A stretch of DNA of 64,000 bases from Dehalococcoidia bacterium (GTDB lineage: Bacteria; Chloroflexota; Dehalococcoidia; SM23-28-2; RBG-16-64-32), in assembly GCA_963665775.2 (NCBI GenBank), contig CAXXTF010000001.1, positions 320,001 to 384,000 of the forward strand, read 5' to 3'. The position numbers and the translations under genes were made by a program. The notes under the pieces were generated by a model that worked only from the letters and a program-made list of their open reading frames with translations, had not been told where the DNA came from and ran no database searches. This document shows, one piece after another, positions 32,371-41,834 of this stretch (position 1 is its first letter; each line of letters starts with the position of its first letter).

Positions 32371-33547
32371 CTTCAGCGAGCTGAACGTCCCCTCGCGGCT
32401 GCTGCTGGGGCCTGGCCCCAGCAACGTCCACCCCCGCGTCTACCGGGCGATGATGACACCGGTCATCGGCTACCTGGACCCCCAATTCCTGCAACTCCTG
32501 GACGACACCCAGCGGCCCCTGCGCAGCCTCTTCCGCACCGAGAGCGATCTGACCATCGCCATCTCCGGCACGGGTAGCGCGGGGATGGAGGCGTCCATAT
32601 ACAACGTCTTAGAGCCTGGAGACAGAGCCGTGGTCTGCGTTAACGGCTTCTTCGGCACGCGGATGGCGGAGATGGCCCGCCGCTGCGGGGCCGAGGTGAC
32701 CACGGTGGAGGCCGACTGGGGCCGCATCATCGAGCCGGATCAGGTAAAGGCAGCGCTACGGGCCAACCCCGGCACCAAGGCCGTGACGATCGTCCACGGC
32801 GAGACCAGCACCGGCGTCCTCCAGCCCCTGGAGGAGATCTCGCGCATCGTCCACGAACACGGCGCCCTCCTGGTGGTGGACACCGTGACCACCCTGTCCG
32901 GATGCGAGCTCCACGTCGACGAGTGGGGGATCGACGTCTGCTTCAGCGGCACCCAGAAGTGCCTGTCGGCGCCGCCGGGGTTATCGCCGATCACCTTCAG
33001 CCCCCAGGCGATGGCAGTCCTCGCCGCCCGCAAGGAGCCGGTGCGTAGCTGGTACCTGGACATCTCCCTGCTGCATCGATACTGGGGCGGCGGCGAGACT
33101 CGAGTCTACCACCACACACCGCCGATGACGATGCTGTACGCCCTCCGAGAGGCCCTACGCATCGCCCTGGAAGAGGGGTTGGAGACGCGCATCGCCCGTC
33201 ATCGGCGCCACGCGGAGGCGCTGGCGGCCGGTCTGGAGGCGATGGGCCTGCGTCTGCACGCCCAGGAGGGCTACCGGCTGCCCCCGCTGACCACCGTGCG
33301 CATCCCGGAGGGGGTGGACGACCTGGCCCTGCGCCGCGGCCTGCTTCAGGAACACAACATCGAGGTCGGCGGCGGCATCGGGGCCATGCAGGGGCAGGTG
33401 CTGCGCATCGGGCTCATGGGGTTCGGCTCCAGCGAGGCGAACCTGCTGGCGCTGCTCTACGCCCTGGAGACAGGACTGCTCAAGCAGGGCTTCCGGCTGG
33501 AGCCGGGGGCCGGGGTGAGCGCCGCCGCCAGCGCCCTCAACGCCTAA
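32360..33547 (+). CDS. Alanine--glyoxylate / serine--pyruvate aminotransferase (class V PLP)
   Basis: LLGPGPS, HGETSTG, SGTQKCLSAPPG, YHHT. Confidence 0.92.
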   Translation: MTGDFSELNVPSRLLLGPGPSNVHPRVYRAMMTPVIGYLDPQFLQLLDDTQRPLRSLFRTESDLTIAISGTGSAGMEASIYNVLEPGDRAVVCVNGFFGTRMAEMARRCGAEVTTVEADWGRIIEPDQVKAALRANPGTKAVTIVHGETSTGVLQPLEEISRIVHEHGALLVVDTVTTLSGCELHVDEWGIDVCFSGTQKCLSAPPGLSPITFSPQAMAVLAARKEPVRSWYLDISLLHRYWGGGETRVYHHTPPMTMLYALREALRIALEEGLETRIARHRRHAEALAAGLEAMGLRLHAQEGYRLPPLTTVRIPEGVDDLALRRGLLQEHNIEVGGGIGAMQGQVLRIGLMGFGSSEANLLALLYALETGLLKQGFRLEPGAGVSAAASALNA

Positions 33548-33657
33548 CGTCAGCTAGGCTCGCGCCCGGCCAGCCTAACACCCTCCACCGCTGAACTCAC
33601 AAGTACGCCTTTCAGCACTCAGAAACCGTAAGCGACGACATCCCCTCCTTCCATTTA

Positions 33658-33677
33658 TAGAACATACATCCTACTAT
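33658..33677 (+). promoter_or_regulatory. Degenerate LexA (GAAC-N4-GTTC type) box overlapping a -10 element
   Basis: TAGAACATACATCCTA is 13/16 to the palindrome TAGAACATATGTTCTA and overlaps TACTAT. Confidence 0.4.
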
Positions 33678-33721
33678 TGCCCTTGCCAACGTTCCCTGAA
33701 CCAGAAGGAGGTACCAGCCCC

Positions 33722-34608
33722 ATGGCCCTCACCCTCGCCGAATCCGCCAAGCTCTCCAACGATACGCTCCTCACCGGCGTCATCGAGACCATCGTCAAGG
33801 ACTCCCCCGTCCTCCAGCGCCTGCCCTTCATCGAGATCGTGGGCAACGGCCTCACCTACAACCGGGAGGCCACAGCCCCCTCCGCCGCCTTCTTCGACGT
33901 GGGCGACAGCTGGACCGAGTCCACACCGACGTTCACTCAGCAGACCGTCACCCTGAAGATCATGGGCGGCGATGCCGACATCGACAACTTCATCCTAGCC
34001 ACCCGCTCCAACCTCCAGGACATGGAGACGGCAATCGTCCAGCTAAAGGCGAAAGCCGTCCGCGACCTGTTCGAGGACACCTTCATCACCGGCGACGCCA
34101 CCGCCGACCCCAAGACCTTCGACGGCCTGGACCAGCTCGTCGACGCCAGCCAAACGCTCTCAATGGGCGTCGCCGCGGCTCCCTCACCCTGGACAAGCTG
34201 GACAAGCTAATCGACACCGTCCTGGGAGGCAAGCCGGACCTGCTCCTCATGAGCCGGCGCTCCCGCCGCATCATCAACAAGCTGGCCCGCACCTCCGGCT
34301 CCTTCCTGGAAGCCGACCGCGACGAGTTCGGCCAGATGCTCCAGTTCTACGACGGCATCCCCATCGGCGTCTCCGACTACATCTCCGATACCCAGACCGT
34401 CGGCACAAGCACCGATTGCTCCACCATCTACGCCTTCCAGACCGGCGAGGGCGCCCTGTTGGGACTGACCTCCCCCGGCGGCCTCCAGGTGGAGCGCGTG
34501 GGTAGTCTGGAGACCAAGGACGCCACCCGCACCCGCATCAAGTGGTACTCCACACTGGCCCTCTTCAACACCGTGAAGCTGGCCTCGCTCACAGGCGTCC
34601 GCCCGTAG
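33722..34608 (+). pseudogene. Phage major capsid protein (HK97-like), split by a 1-nt frameshift near 34175
   Basis: AAGGAGG RBS; MALTLAESAKLSND..GVIETI..LPFIEIVGNGLTYNRE..GGDADID..FDGL, continuing in another frame as GSLTLDKLDKLID..LLLMSRR..YDGIPI..STIYA..RTRIKWY..LASLTGV; about 295 aa when repaired. Confidence 0.8.
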
Positions 34609-34625
34609 TCTTCCCCTCCGGCCAA

Positions 34626-34664
34626 GCTGGCGGGGCCCGGCCTGACCTCCCGGACCCCGCCAGC
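34626..34664 (+). other. Strong stem-loop after the capsid gene (no U-tract)
   Basis: GCTGGCGGGGcCCGG-loop-CCGGaCCCCGCCAGC. Confidence 0.6.
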
Positions 34665-34696
34665 GCCCCTTCACCCTGACTCAGGAGACCAACACC

Positions 34697-35038
34697 GTGA
34701 CCACCATCAAGAAGGCGATCATCAAGACCTACGACCCCGCTGCACACGAGGCCGCCATCCAGATAGCGGGCTCCCTCGCCGTCTGGCTGGAGGCCGTTGC
34801 CGTCGCCGCCGACATCCCGGCCGGCGAAGTCCTGGCCGGCCGCGAGTGCAGCGTCCTCTTTTTCACTGACGACAACCCAGACGACGCCGTCGTCTTCACC
34901 ATCCACGGCGTCGTACCCATCCCCACAGGCCCTCTCGATATCGAGGTACTAGAAGGCGGCGTCACCGTCGGCACTACCACCTGCGTAGGCACGATCCAAG
35001 TCTACGAAGACGGAATCCTAGTAGGGAGCACACCGTGA
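34697..35038 (+). CDS. Small phage-like structural protein (possible OB-fold baseplate/spike protein)
   Basis: AGGAG RBS; beta-rich KAIIKTYDPAAHEAAIQI..GRECSVLF..DAVVFTI pattern; position in the cluster. Confidence 0.55.
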   Translation: MTTIKKAIIKTYDPAAHEAAIQIAGSLAVWLEAVAVAADIPAGEVLAGRECSVLFFTDDNPDDAVVFTIHGVVPIPTGPLDIEVLEGGVTVGTTTCVGTIQVYEDGILVGSTP

Positions 35039-35874
35039 GCACCTTCAAAATCGACTTCGGCTCAGGTTTCGACGTCACCGAGTCCCCCGCCGACGAGTTC
35101 AACATTGTTCTCGACCTGTCAGAGCTCACCGCCGCGGGCGAGCTCGGGGGCACCCTCGACGCCCCGACAGTAGACGCTACCCACTCCGGCTCTGCGCACC
35201 ACCTGGCAAGCGACCCTGGTCCGCCTAACGGTGCCGCAGGTGGCGAACTGGGCGGCACCTACCCCAGCCCAACCGTCGACGCCACCCACGCCGGCTCTAC
35301 CCACCACGCCGAAGGCCATACCATCCCCAGCCACTCCGATACGACAGCCACCGGTGCCGAGCTAGAGGAGCTGACCGACGGCAGCCAAACCGCTCTCCAC
35401 TCCCACGCTGGCGGGGGCGGCCCCACGAAAGTTCACAAAGCGGCCGATGAAAGCGTCACCTCTTCAACCACCCTCCAAAATGACGACGACTTCTCCTTCG
35501 CCGTCTCCGCCAACACCGACTACATCTTTGAAATACACGCTGCAATCACCTGCGACTTCCGGAATGGCTCCATCAAAGTGGCTATTACTGTTCCCTCCGG
35601 AGCCACCATGCTACTCATGGCTCAACTCCTGCAGAACAAGCAAAGCGAGGTCGACAACGCATCGCGTGCAGGCTGGACAACCATCAGCGGAACCGCCATC
35701 TCCCTTCGCACCAGCATCGTCAACGCCGGCTCGGGTAACGGCCTGCTCAGCATTTACGGCCGCGTAAGCGTCGGCGGCACCGCCGGAACCGTGCAACTGC
35801 AGTGGGCCCAAGAAATCAGCGACACAGACCCTACAACTCTAAAGGCTAATTCGTGGATGCTCGTGTTCTCCTAA
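35035..35874 (+). CDS. Phage fibre/decoration-like protein
   Basis: GTGA overlap; 2x GELGGTxxxPTVDATHxGSxHH repeats, His motifs, C-terminal beta-rich domain (DESVTSSTTLQNDDDF..GTVQLQWAQ). Confidence 0.65.
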   Translation: MSTFKIDFGSGFDVTESPADEFNIVLDLSELTAAGELGGTLDAPTVDATHSGSAHHLASDPGPPNGAAGGELGGTYPSPTVDATHAGSTHHAEGHTIPSHSDTTATGAELEELTDGSQTALHSHAGGGGPTKVHKAADESVTSSTTLQNDDDFSFAVSANTDYIFEIHAAITCDFRNGSIKVAITVPSGATMLLMAQLLQNKQSEVDNASRAGWTTISGTAISLRTSIVNAGSGNGLLSIYGRVSVGGTAGTVQLQWAQEISDTDPTTLKANSWMLVFS

Positions 35875-36036
35875 TCAACCTACCTCCATCAATCCAGAGC
35901 AGGGCCCTACGACGACACCATCATCGTCGGCGGCACAGCCGGAACCGTACAGATGCGATGGGCCCAGAAGGTCGCCCACGCCAGCGATGCCAAAATCCTC
36001 AAAGGCTCCTACCTCATAGGCTGGAAGTTGTCCTAA
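35875..36036 (+). pseudogene. Orphan alternative C-terminal tip of the fibre-like gene, in frame after its stop
   Basis: ..IIVGGTAGTVQMRWAQKVAHASDAKILKGSYLIGWKLS* vs gene end VSVGGTAGTVQLQWAQEISDTDPTTLKANSWMLVFS*. Confidence 0.75.
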
Positions 36037-36145
36037 GCCCCACCCTCACACCGAGGACCGGCCTGTTATCGGCATCGGCCAGCGTGCTGGCGCAGTCCGC
36101 AGCGTATGACATCAGCAACCCTTCGCCCAGATAGGAGGACAGAAG

Positions 36146-36781
36146 ATGAACTTGAGTGATATGCGGGGCCGGCTACGCCAAGACCTGCATGACGAAGACG
36201 CTACCAACGAGCGCTGGACGGACGCCGAGCTGGATCGCCACATCGAGCGCTCCGTCCGCGAGTTCAGTCTCGCCGTCCCCCTGGAGACTAAGTCCACCCT
36301 CATCACCACTGCCGACAGCCGCGACCTGTCCATCTCCGGCCTCACGGAGCTTGTTTCCATCGCGGCGGTGGAGTATCCGGTGGACCAGTACCCACCGGCC
36401 TACGTGCGATTCTCCGTCTGGGAGTCCACCCTGACCCTGCTGGTCGACTCGGAGCCAGCAGCCTCCGAGAACGTCAACGTCTACTACACGAAGCTGCACA
36501 CCATCGACATCAGCTCATCGACGGCGCCGCCGCGATTCGAGGGCGTCATCGCCACCGGTGCCGCAGGCTATGCCGCCCTGGAGTGGGCCTCCTTCGCCAC
36601 CAACCGGGTGAACGTGGGTGGGCAGGACGTGTGGCAGGAGTATCTGACCTGGGGAGAGGAGAGGCTGGCCGATTTCCAGCGGGAGCTGGCCCGCCACGGC
36701 AGGCGCAACGCCCTGCGCGCCCGCCGCCTGTATCCGCCCGCAACACCGTCTGTCGATCAGTCAACCGTAGTGGGGCCGTAG
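36146..36781 (+). CDS. Phage head-tail adaptor-like protein
   Basis: AGGAGG RBS; N-terminal MNLSDMRGRLRQDLHD..RWTDAELDRHIERSV helical pattern typical of adaptors. Confidence 0.6.
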   Translation: MNLSDMRGRLRQDLHDEDATNERWTDAELDRHIERSVREFSLAVPLETKSTLITTADSRDLSISGLTELVSIAAVEYPVDQYPPAYVRFSVWESTLTLLVDSEPAASENVNVYYTKLHTIDISSSTAPPRFEGVIATGAAGYAALEWASFATNRVNVGGQDVWQEYLTWGEERLADFQRELARHGRRNALRARRLYPPATPSVDQSTVVGP

Positions 36782-36786
36782 CCCTC

Positions 36787-38745
36787 ATGCGCACCCTTGC
36801 TTCGCCGCTCCTGGACGCCCAAAAGAGTGACTCCGCCGTTCCCTACCTCAAGGTGGTGATCTCCGACCGCATCGGCGGCGTGCGGCGGCTGGACTTCACC
36901 CGACTGTACACAGGCAGCGAGCCGGACGGCTACCACGCCGCCGCTATGCCCGGCGACGGCTCCCTGCTGCGGGCCCGCGTCTCCTCCGGGCGGCTGTACT
37001 ACCAGCGCGTCGCCACCCCCGGCGCAAGCAGCGACTTCTCCACCTGGACGGACCTCAGCGCCGCCGCCAGTGCCGATGTCGCCCTCTGCGCCGACGGATC
37101 GCGCGCTCTTCTGTTCTACGTCGACAGCGACGGGCTGACCCTGAAGGTACGGGAAAGCACCGATAACGGGATCACCCTGGGCTCGGCGGTGACCGTGGCC
37201 ACCGCCTCCGACACCGTCGGCTGGCTGGCGGCGGACGTCAAGTCCAGCGGCGACACCCTCCTGCTGTACTCGGTGGGCGCCACGGTCTTCTCCGTAAAGC
37301 GCAGCGGCGGCAGCTGGGGGTCGGCCACAGCCTGGAGCAACAGCGTTGCCTCAGTGGCCGGGTTGGCCTGCTTCCACCAGGGCGATTTCAACGCCGTGGT
37401 GACGGGCACCGACAGCTCGGGCGACGCCTTCGTATGGACATCCATCTTCGGCGACGGCTTCTCCCAGGCCCCCAACACCTGGTCGTCGCTGCGGGAGGTC
37501 ACCCGTGCCAGCAGCGGCTCCGGCGTCAGCCTCCAGGCCCCCTTTCTGGCCCAACCGGACACCTACCGGCTCACCTTCGTAGAGAAGTATACGGGGAGCC
37601 TCTCGTACAGCCGGCCCTACCACAGCTACTCGCCCGCCACGGCCGATTTCGCGACGAACCTGTGGCGAGAGCCCGTCCCCTTCAATCTGACCTCCGATTT
37701 CGGCCTGGCCCTGGCCTTCAGCAGCGGCGCCGCCTGGTTAAGCACACCGGCCGGGGTCTGGACGGCCTCGCTTTCCTTCCCTTCCCTGGACGTGACGACC
37801 GACGTTCTGGAGGCTACGACCCGGGTCCGGCCGTTCGAGGGTCGACTGCGGTTGGTGCTGCGGAACGATGATGGTCGCTACTCGTCCCTCCCGCCCGCCG
37901 TGAAGCTGGCCGCGGAGGTGCGGGTCAGCCCCGGCTACATTACCGCCACCGGCTCCCAAGCATCCGATGGCCCGGCCTACTGGATCGAGGGGATCGAGTG
38001 GGCCTCCGGAGCCGGAAAAGGGACGCTGGCGCTGGAGACGAGAAACGCCTGGAGCCTGCTGGACGGCTGGCGCGCCCGCCGCCAGTATAGCTGGGCCGCC
38101 GGCCAGAAGAACGTCTTCGGCATCCTGCAGTTCCTATTCGCCCGCGCTGGGCTGGAGTTCTCGTCCGCCGGCAGCAGCGCCGCCGCCGGCAACCTCTACC
38201 CCACCTTCACGGTGCACCCCGGCGACTCCGGCCTGACGGCCGTGCAGCGGCTCCTGACCATGCTCCCGGACGTCGTACTCGTTCGGGGCGAGTTCGGCTA
38301 CCTGGTGGAGCCGACCGCCAGCCAGGCGTCCGACTATGTCTACGGCACCGATCACTCGCTGCTGACCGGACGCTACGCCGACCTCCTGCCCGGGGCCAAC
38401 CGGGCGCAGGTCTTCGGCGCTGGCGTGTTCGCCGAGGGGTTCGACTGGCCAGGAGTGGAGTCGGTCTACGATCTGCTGCGACAGGTTCACGACGCCAACC
38501 TGACCACGACGGGCCAGGCCCAGGACCGGGCCGACGCCTTGCTCCGCCACGAGCTGTTAGCGGCCAGGGGCGGCGAGATCGTGGTACCGGTAAACTGCGG
38601 CCAGGAGCTGTACGACGTCGTGGAGGTGACAGACGTCGGCGCGGGCCTAGCGGCAGCGAAGCGGCGGGTGCTGGGGCTGTCGCTGCGCTACTCCACAGGG
38701 GAGCGGCCTCTGTACGAACAGCGCATCACCCTGGGCGGGGTGTAG
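36787..38745 (+). CDS. Phage tail / baseplate hub-like protein (652 aa)
   Basis: ATG 36787 five nt after the previous stop; beta-rich N half; C-terminal EIVVPVNCGQELYDVVEVTD..RRVLGL..YEQRITL resembles tail hub ends. Confidence 0.6.
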   Translation: MRTLASPLLDAQKSDSAVPYLKVVISDRIGGVRRLDFTRLYTGSEPDGYHAAAMPGDGSLLRARVSSGRLYYQRVATPGASSDFSTWTDLSAAASADVALCADGSRALLFYVDSDGLTLKVRESTDNGITLGSAVTVATASDTVGWLAADVKSSGDTLLLYSVGATVFSVKRSGGSWGSATAWSNSVASVAGLACFHQGDFNAVVTGTDSSGDAFVWTSIFGDGFSQAPNTWSSLREVTRASSGSGVSLQAPFLAQPDTYRLTFVEKYTGSLSYSRPYHSYSPATADFATNLWREPVPFNLTSDFGLALAFSSGAAWLSTPAGVWTASLSFPSLDVTTDVLEATTRVRPFEGRLRLVLRNDDGRYSSLPPAVKLAAEVRVSPGYITATGSQASDGPAYWIEGIEWASGAGKGTLALETRNAWSLLDGWRARRQYSWAAGQKNVFGILQFLFARAGLEFSSAGSSAAAGNLYPTFTVHPGDSGLTAVQRLLTMLPDVVLVRGEFGYLVEPTASQASDYVYGTDHSLLTGRYADLLPGANRAQVFGAGVFAEGFDWPGVESVYDLLRQVHDANLTTTGQAQDRADALLRHELLAARGGEIVVPVNCGQELYDVVEVTDVGAGLAAAKRRVLGLSLRYSTGERPLYEQRITLGGV

Positions 38746-38864
38746 AGGCCCAATGTTGAACGTCCCACCCCCCGCTTCGCCATCCTAACGGAGATGGACG
38801 GGTGCCGGTTCCGCCCGTATAATGGCCCCCAGTAGCACAAGTATTCCACAGAGATCGGACGGCG

Positions 38865-39887
38865 ATGCCCGAACGGATCATCTCCGGCGAGATCCAGGAC
38901 GCGGACCTGACCCTGGACACCACCCTCCGCCCCAGGCGGATCGATGAGTTCATCGGCCAGGAGAAGATAAAGGATAACCTGGCCATCGCCATCGCCGCCG
39001 CCCAGCAGCGGCAGGAGCCCCTGGACCATATCATGCTCTACGGCCCGCCGGGCCTGGGCAAGACCACCCTGGGCCACATCATCGCCCACGAGATGTCCGT
39101 CTCGATCCGTGTCACCTCCGGCCCGGCGATCGAGCGGGCGGGGGACCTGGCCGCCATCCTCACCAACCTCCAGGAGAACGACGTCCTGTTCATCGACGAG
39201 GTACACCGACTGCCGCGGGCGGCGGAGGAGGTGCTCTACCCAGCCCTGGAAGACTTCGCCCTGGACATCGTCCTCGGGCGGGGGCCCGGAGCCCGCAGCG
39301 TGCGCCTCTCGGTGCCCCGTTTCACGCTTGTGGGCGCCACTACCCGTTACGCCATGCTCAGCCCACCCCTGCGGGACCGCTTCGGCGCCGTTTACCGGCT
39401 GGACTTCTACGACCAGGAAGCGATCGCCGCCATCATCCGTCGCAACGCCACCATCTTACAGGTGCCCCTAGAAGCGGAGGGCGCCGAAGAGATCGCCCGG
39501 CGCTCCCGGGGCACGCCGCGGGTCGCCAACCGACTGCTACGGCGGGTGCGGGACTACGCCCAGGTGCGGGCCGACGGCGTCATCACATCGGAGGTGGCCA
39601 AGCAGGCCCTGGCCCGGCTGGACATAGACGACTTGGGGCTCGACGAGGTGGATCACAAGGTCCTGCGCACGATTATCGAGAAGTTTGACGGCGGCCCTGT
39701 GGGGATCGAGACGATCGCCGCTTCCATCTCCGAAGAGGCGGATACGATCATGGACGTATACGAGCCTTACCTGATGCAGGTGGGGTTCCTTCAGCGCACC
39801 GCCCGCGGCCGGATGGCGACACGCCACGCCTACGCCCACCTGGGCATCGAGGCGCCGCAGTCTCTCCAGGGAGGCCTGTGGGAGTGA
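38865..39887 (+). CDS. ruvB: Holliday junction DNA helicase RuvB
   Basis: [40 protein letters not shown]. Confidence 0.97.
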   Translation: MPERIISGEIQDADLTLDTTLRPRRIDEFIGQEKIKDNLAIAIAAAQQRQEPLDHIMLYGPPGLGKTTLGHIIAHEMSVSIRVTSGPAIERAGDLAAILTNLQENDVLFIDEVHRLPRAAEEVLYPALEDFALDIVLGRGPGARSVRLSVPRFTLVGATTRYAMLSPPLRDRFGAVYRLDFYDQEAIAAIIRRNATILQVPLEAEGAEEIARRSRGTPRVANRLLRRVRDYAQVRADGVITSEVAKQALARLDIDDLGLDEVDHKVLRTIIEKFDGGPVGIETIAASISEEADTIMDVYEPYLMQVGFLQRTARGRMATRHAYAHLGIEAPQSLQGGLWE

Positions 39888-39918
39888 GCGGGCGACAGCA
39901 GCTGGGGTCCTCGTTGCC

Positions 39919-41832
39919 TCAGCCAGCGGGCAGCGAGGACGGCGAGAGCCTGGTGTCCGGCGAGCGACCGTCGTCGCCGGGAGCCGCCTGCTCATACGTC
40001 ATACGGTAGAGCCGAGCGTATAGGCCGTCGAGGGCCAGGAGCTGATCGTGGCTCCCCTCCTCAGCAATGCGGCCCTGCTCCACTACCACCACCCGGTCGA
40101 CGTCGCGGATTGTGGAGAGCCGGTGGGCTATGACGAAGGACGTGCGCCCCTTGAGCAGCCGCTTGAGGGCTTTCTGGATTACCACCTCCGTGCGGGTGTC
40201 CACGTTCGCCGTCGCCTCGTCCAAAATGAGGATTCGCGGGTCGGCCAGGACGGCGCGGGCGAAGGCGACGAGCTGGCGCTGGCCCTGGGAAAGGTTCTGG
40301 CCACGCTCTTGGAGGACCGTGTCGTAACCGTCGGCCAAGCGCTCGATGAAATCGTGGGCCCCTACCGTACTGGCCGCCTGTCTGACCTCATCGTCGCTGG
40401 CCTCCAGCCGGCCGTACCGGATGTTCTCGCGCACGCTGCCTGAGAATACGAAGGGGTCCTGGAGCACGATGCCCAGACGGCGGGCCAGAGAGCGGTGCTC
40501 AATCTGACGGATGTCCGTGCCGTCTATGCGGAGACTGCCCTCGCTGACATCGTAGAAGCGGGCGACGAGGGCGGTGAGGGTGCTCTTACCGGCACCGGTG
40601 GGCCCCACCAGGGCCAGGCTCTCGCCGGGGCGGATGTGCAGGTTGATGTCCTGCAGCACCGGCACCCCGGGCACGTATTGGAAGCTGACGTGGTCGAACA
40701 CGATGTCGCCCCGGACGTCGGGCAGCTCGATGGCGTCCTCGGCGTCCACGATCTCCGGCTTCGTATCCAGCACCTCGAAGATGCGCTGGCCCCCGGCCAT
40801 CGCCCGCTGTAGCTGCGTATACTGCATGACGAGGCTCCGTACGGGATCGAAGAATCGCTGGACGTAGAGGGCAAAGGCGACGAGGATGCCGATGGTCAGG
40901 GTCTCTTCAAACACCCGTATCCCACCGAATACGATGATCAGGGCCGTGGCCGCTGCCATCAGCAGTTCCACCACGGGCAGGACGGCCGCCGTGAGGCGGC
41001 CAGCCTCCACGTTAGCGCTCCAGTTATCGGCGTTCACCGCGTCGAAGCGGCGCAAGTTCTCGCCCTCTCGGGAGAGACTCTGGATAACGCGCACCCCGGA
41101 GACGTTCTCCTGAAGGTTGGCGTTGACGATGGCGATCTTCTGCCGGGCCCGGCTGAACACCCGGCGAGCGCGGACCTGCCATATGGCCATGATCACGATG
41201 AGCACAGGCATGAAGGTGAAGGTGATGAGAGCGAGCGGCACGTCCATGACTAACATGAAGATGACTATCATGCCGAGGCCGACGAACTCCGACATGATCA
41301 AGAGGATGCCGCTGGTAAGGAGCTCCTGCAGGACGGTGACGTCGTTCTGGACGCGGGACATCACGCGGCCCACCTCGTTCCGGTCCAGGAAGCTAACCGA
41401 GAGCTTCTGGATGTGATCGAACATGTCCGTGCGCAGCTTCCGCAGCACGCTGTGCCCCATGTAGGCGGTCGTGATCTGCTGAATGAACTGTCCGATCCAG
41501 CCCATGATGGCCAGCCCCACCAGGGCAGCGCCGATAAGGGCTACCCCCTGAAGATCGCCGTCCTTGAAGATGTAGCTGTCGATGGCCAGACCGATGAGGA
41601 AAGGCTGGCTGGCGCCGGCCCCGGCGAACAGGAGCATACCAAGAAAGGCCAGGGCAACCTGCCTCTTATACGGCTTAACATAGGGGATCAGCCGCCGCAC
41701 AACCCTATGGTCGTAAGCGCTGCCCAACTCCTCGTCGTCCCAGCCGTCGGCGCTAGGCTGACCGCTGCCTCGCCGCATTGCGTTGGCCCCCCAGCCCCCG
41801 CCGCCCCCGTGTCCACCACCCCAGTGACCCAC
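39919..41832 (-). CDS. ABC exporter TMD-NBD subunit
   Basis: GPTGAGKS, LSQGQRQ, ILDEATA. Confidence 0.93.
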   Translation of the reverse strand: MGHWGGGHGGGGGWGANAMRRGSGQPSADGWDDEELGSAYDHRVVRRLIPYVKPYKRQVALAFLGMLLFAGAGASQPFLIGLAIDSYIFKDGDLQGVALIGAALVGLAIMGWIGQFIQQITTAYMGHSVLRKLRTDMFDHIQKLSVSFLDRNEVGRVMSRVQNDVTVLQELLTSGILLIMSEFVGLGMIVIFMLVMDVPLALITFTFMPVLIVIMAIWQVRARRVFSRARQKIAIVNANLQENVSGVRVIQSLSREGENLRRFDAVNADNWSANVEAGRLTAAVLPVVELLMAAATALIIVFGGIRVFEETLTIGILVAFALYVQRFFDPVRSLVMQYTQLQRAMAGGQRIFEVLDTKPEIVDAEDAIELPDVRGDIVFDHVSFQYVPGVPVLQDINLHIRPGESLALVGPTGAGKSTLTALVARFYDVSEGSLRIDGTDIRQIEHRSLARRLGIVLQDPFVFSGSVRENIRYGRLEASDDEVRQAASTVGAHDFIERLADGYDTVLQERGQNLSQGQRQLVAFARAVLADPRILILDEATANVDTRTEVVIQKALKRLLKGRTSFVIAHRLSTIRDVDRVVVVEQGRIAEEGSHDQLLALDGLYARLYRMTYEQAAPGDDGRSPDTRLSPSSLPAG

Positions 41833-41834
41833 GA

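Noticed and set aside
35769-36036. Diversity-generating retroelement VR/TR pair
   Set aside because: Mismatches are not confined to adenines in either copy, the 3' parts diverge heavily, and there is no reverse transcriptase in the window
36583-36786. Upstream extension of the 720 aa ORF
   Set aside because: It overlaps the adaptor gene in another frame; ATG 36787 is the plausible start
33722-38745. Intact prophage
   Set aside because: No integrase, att repeats, terminase, portal, replication or lysis genes; both flanks are housekeeping genes
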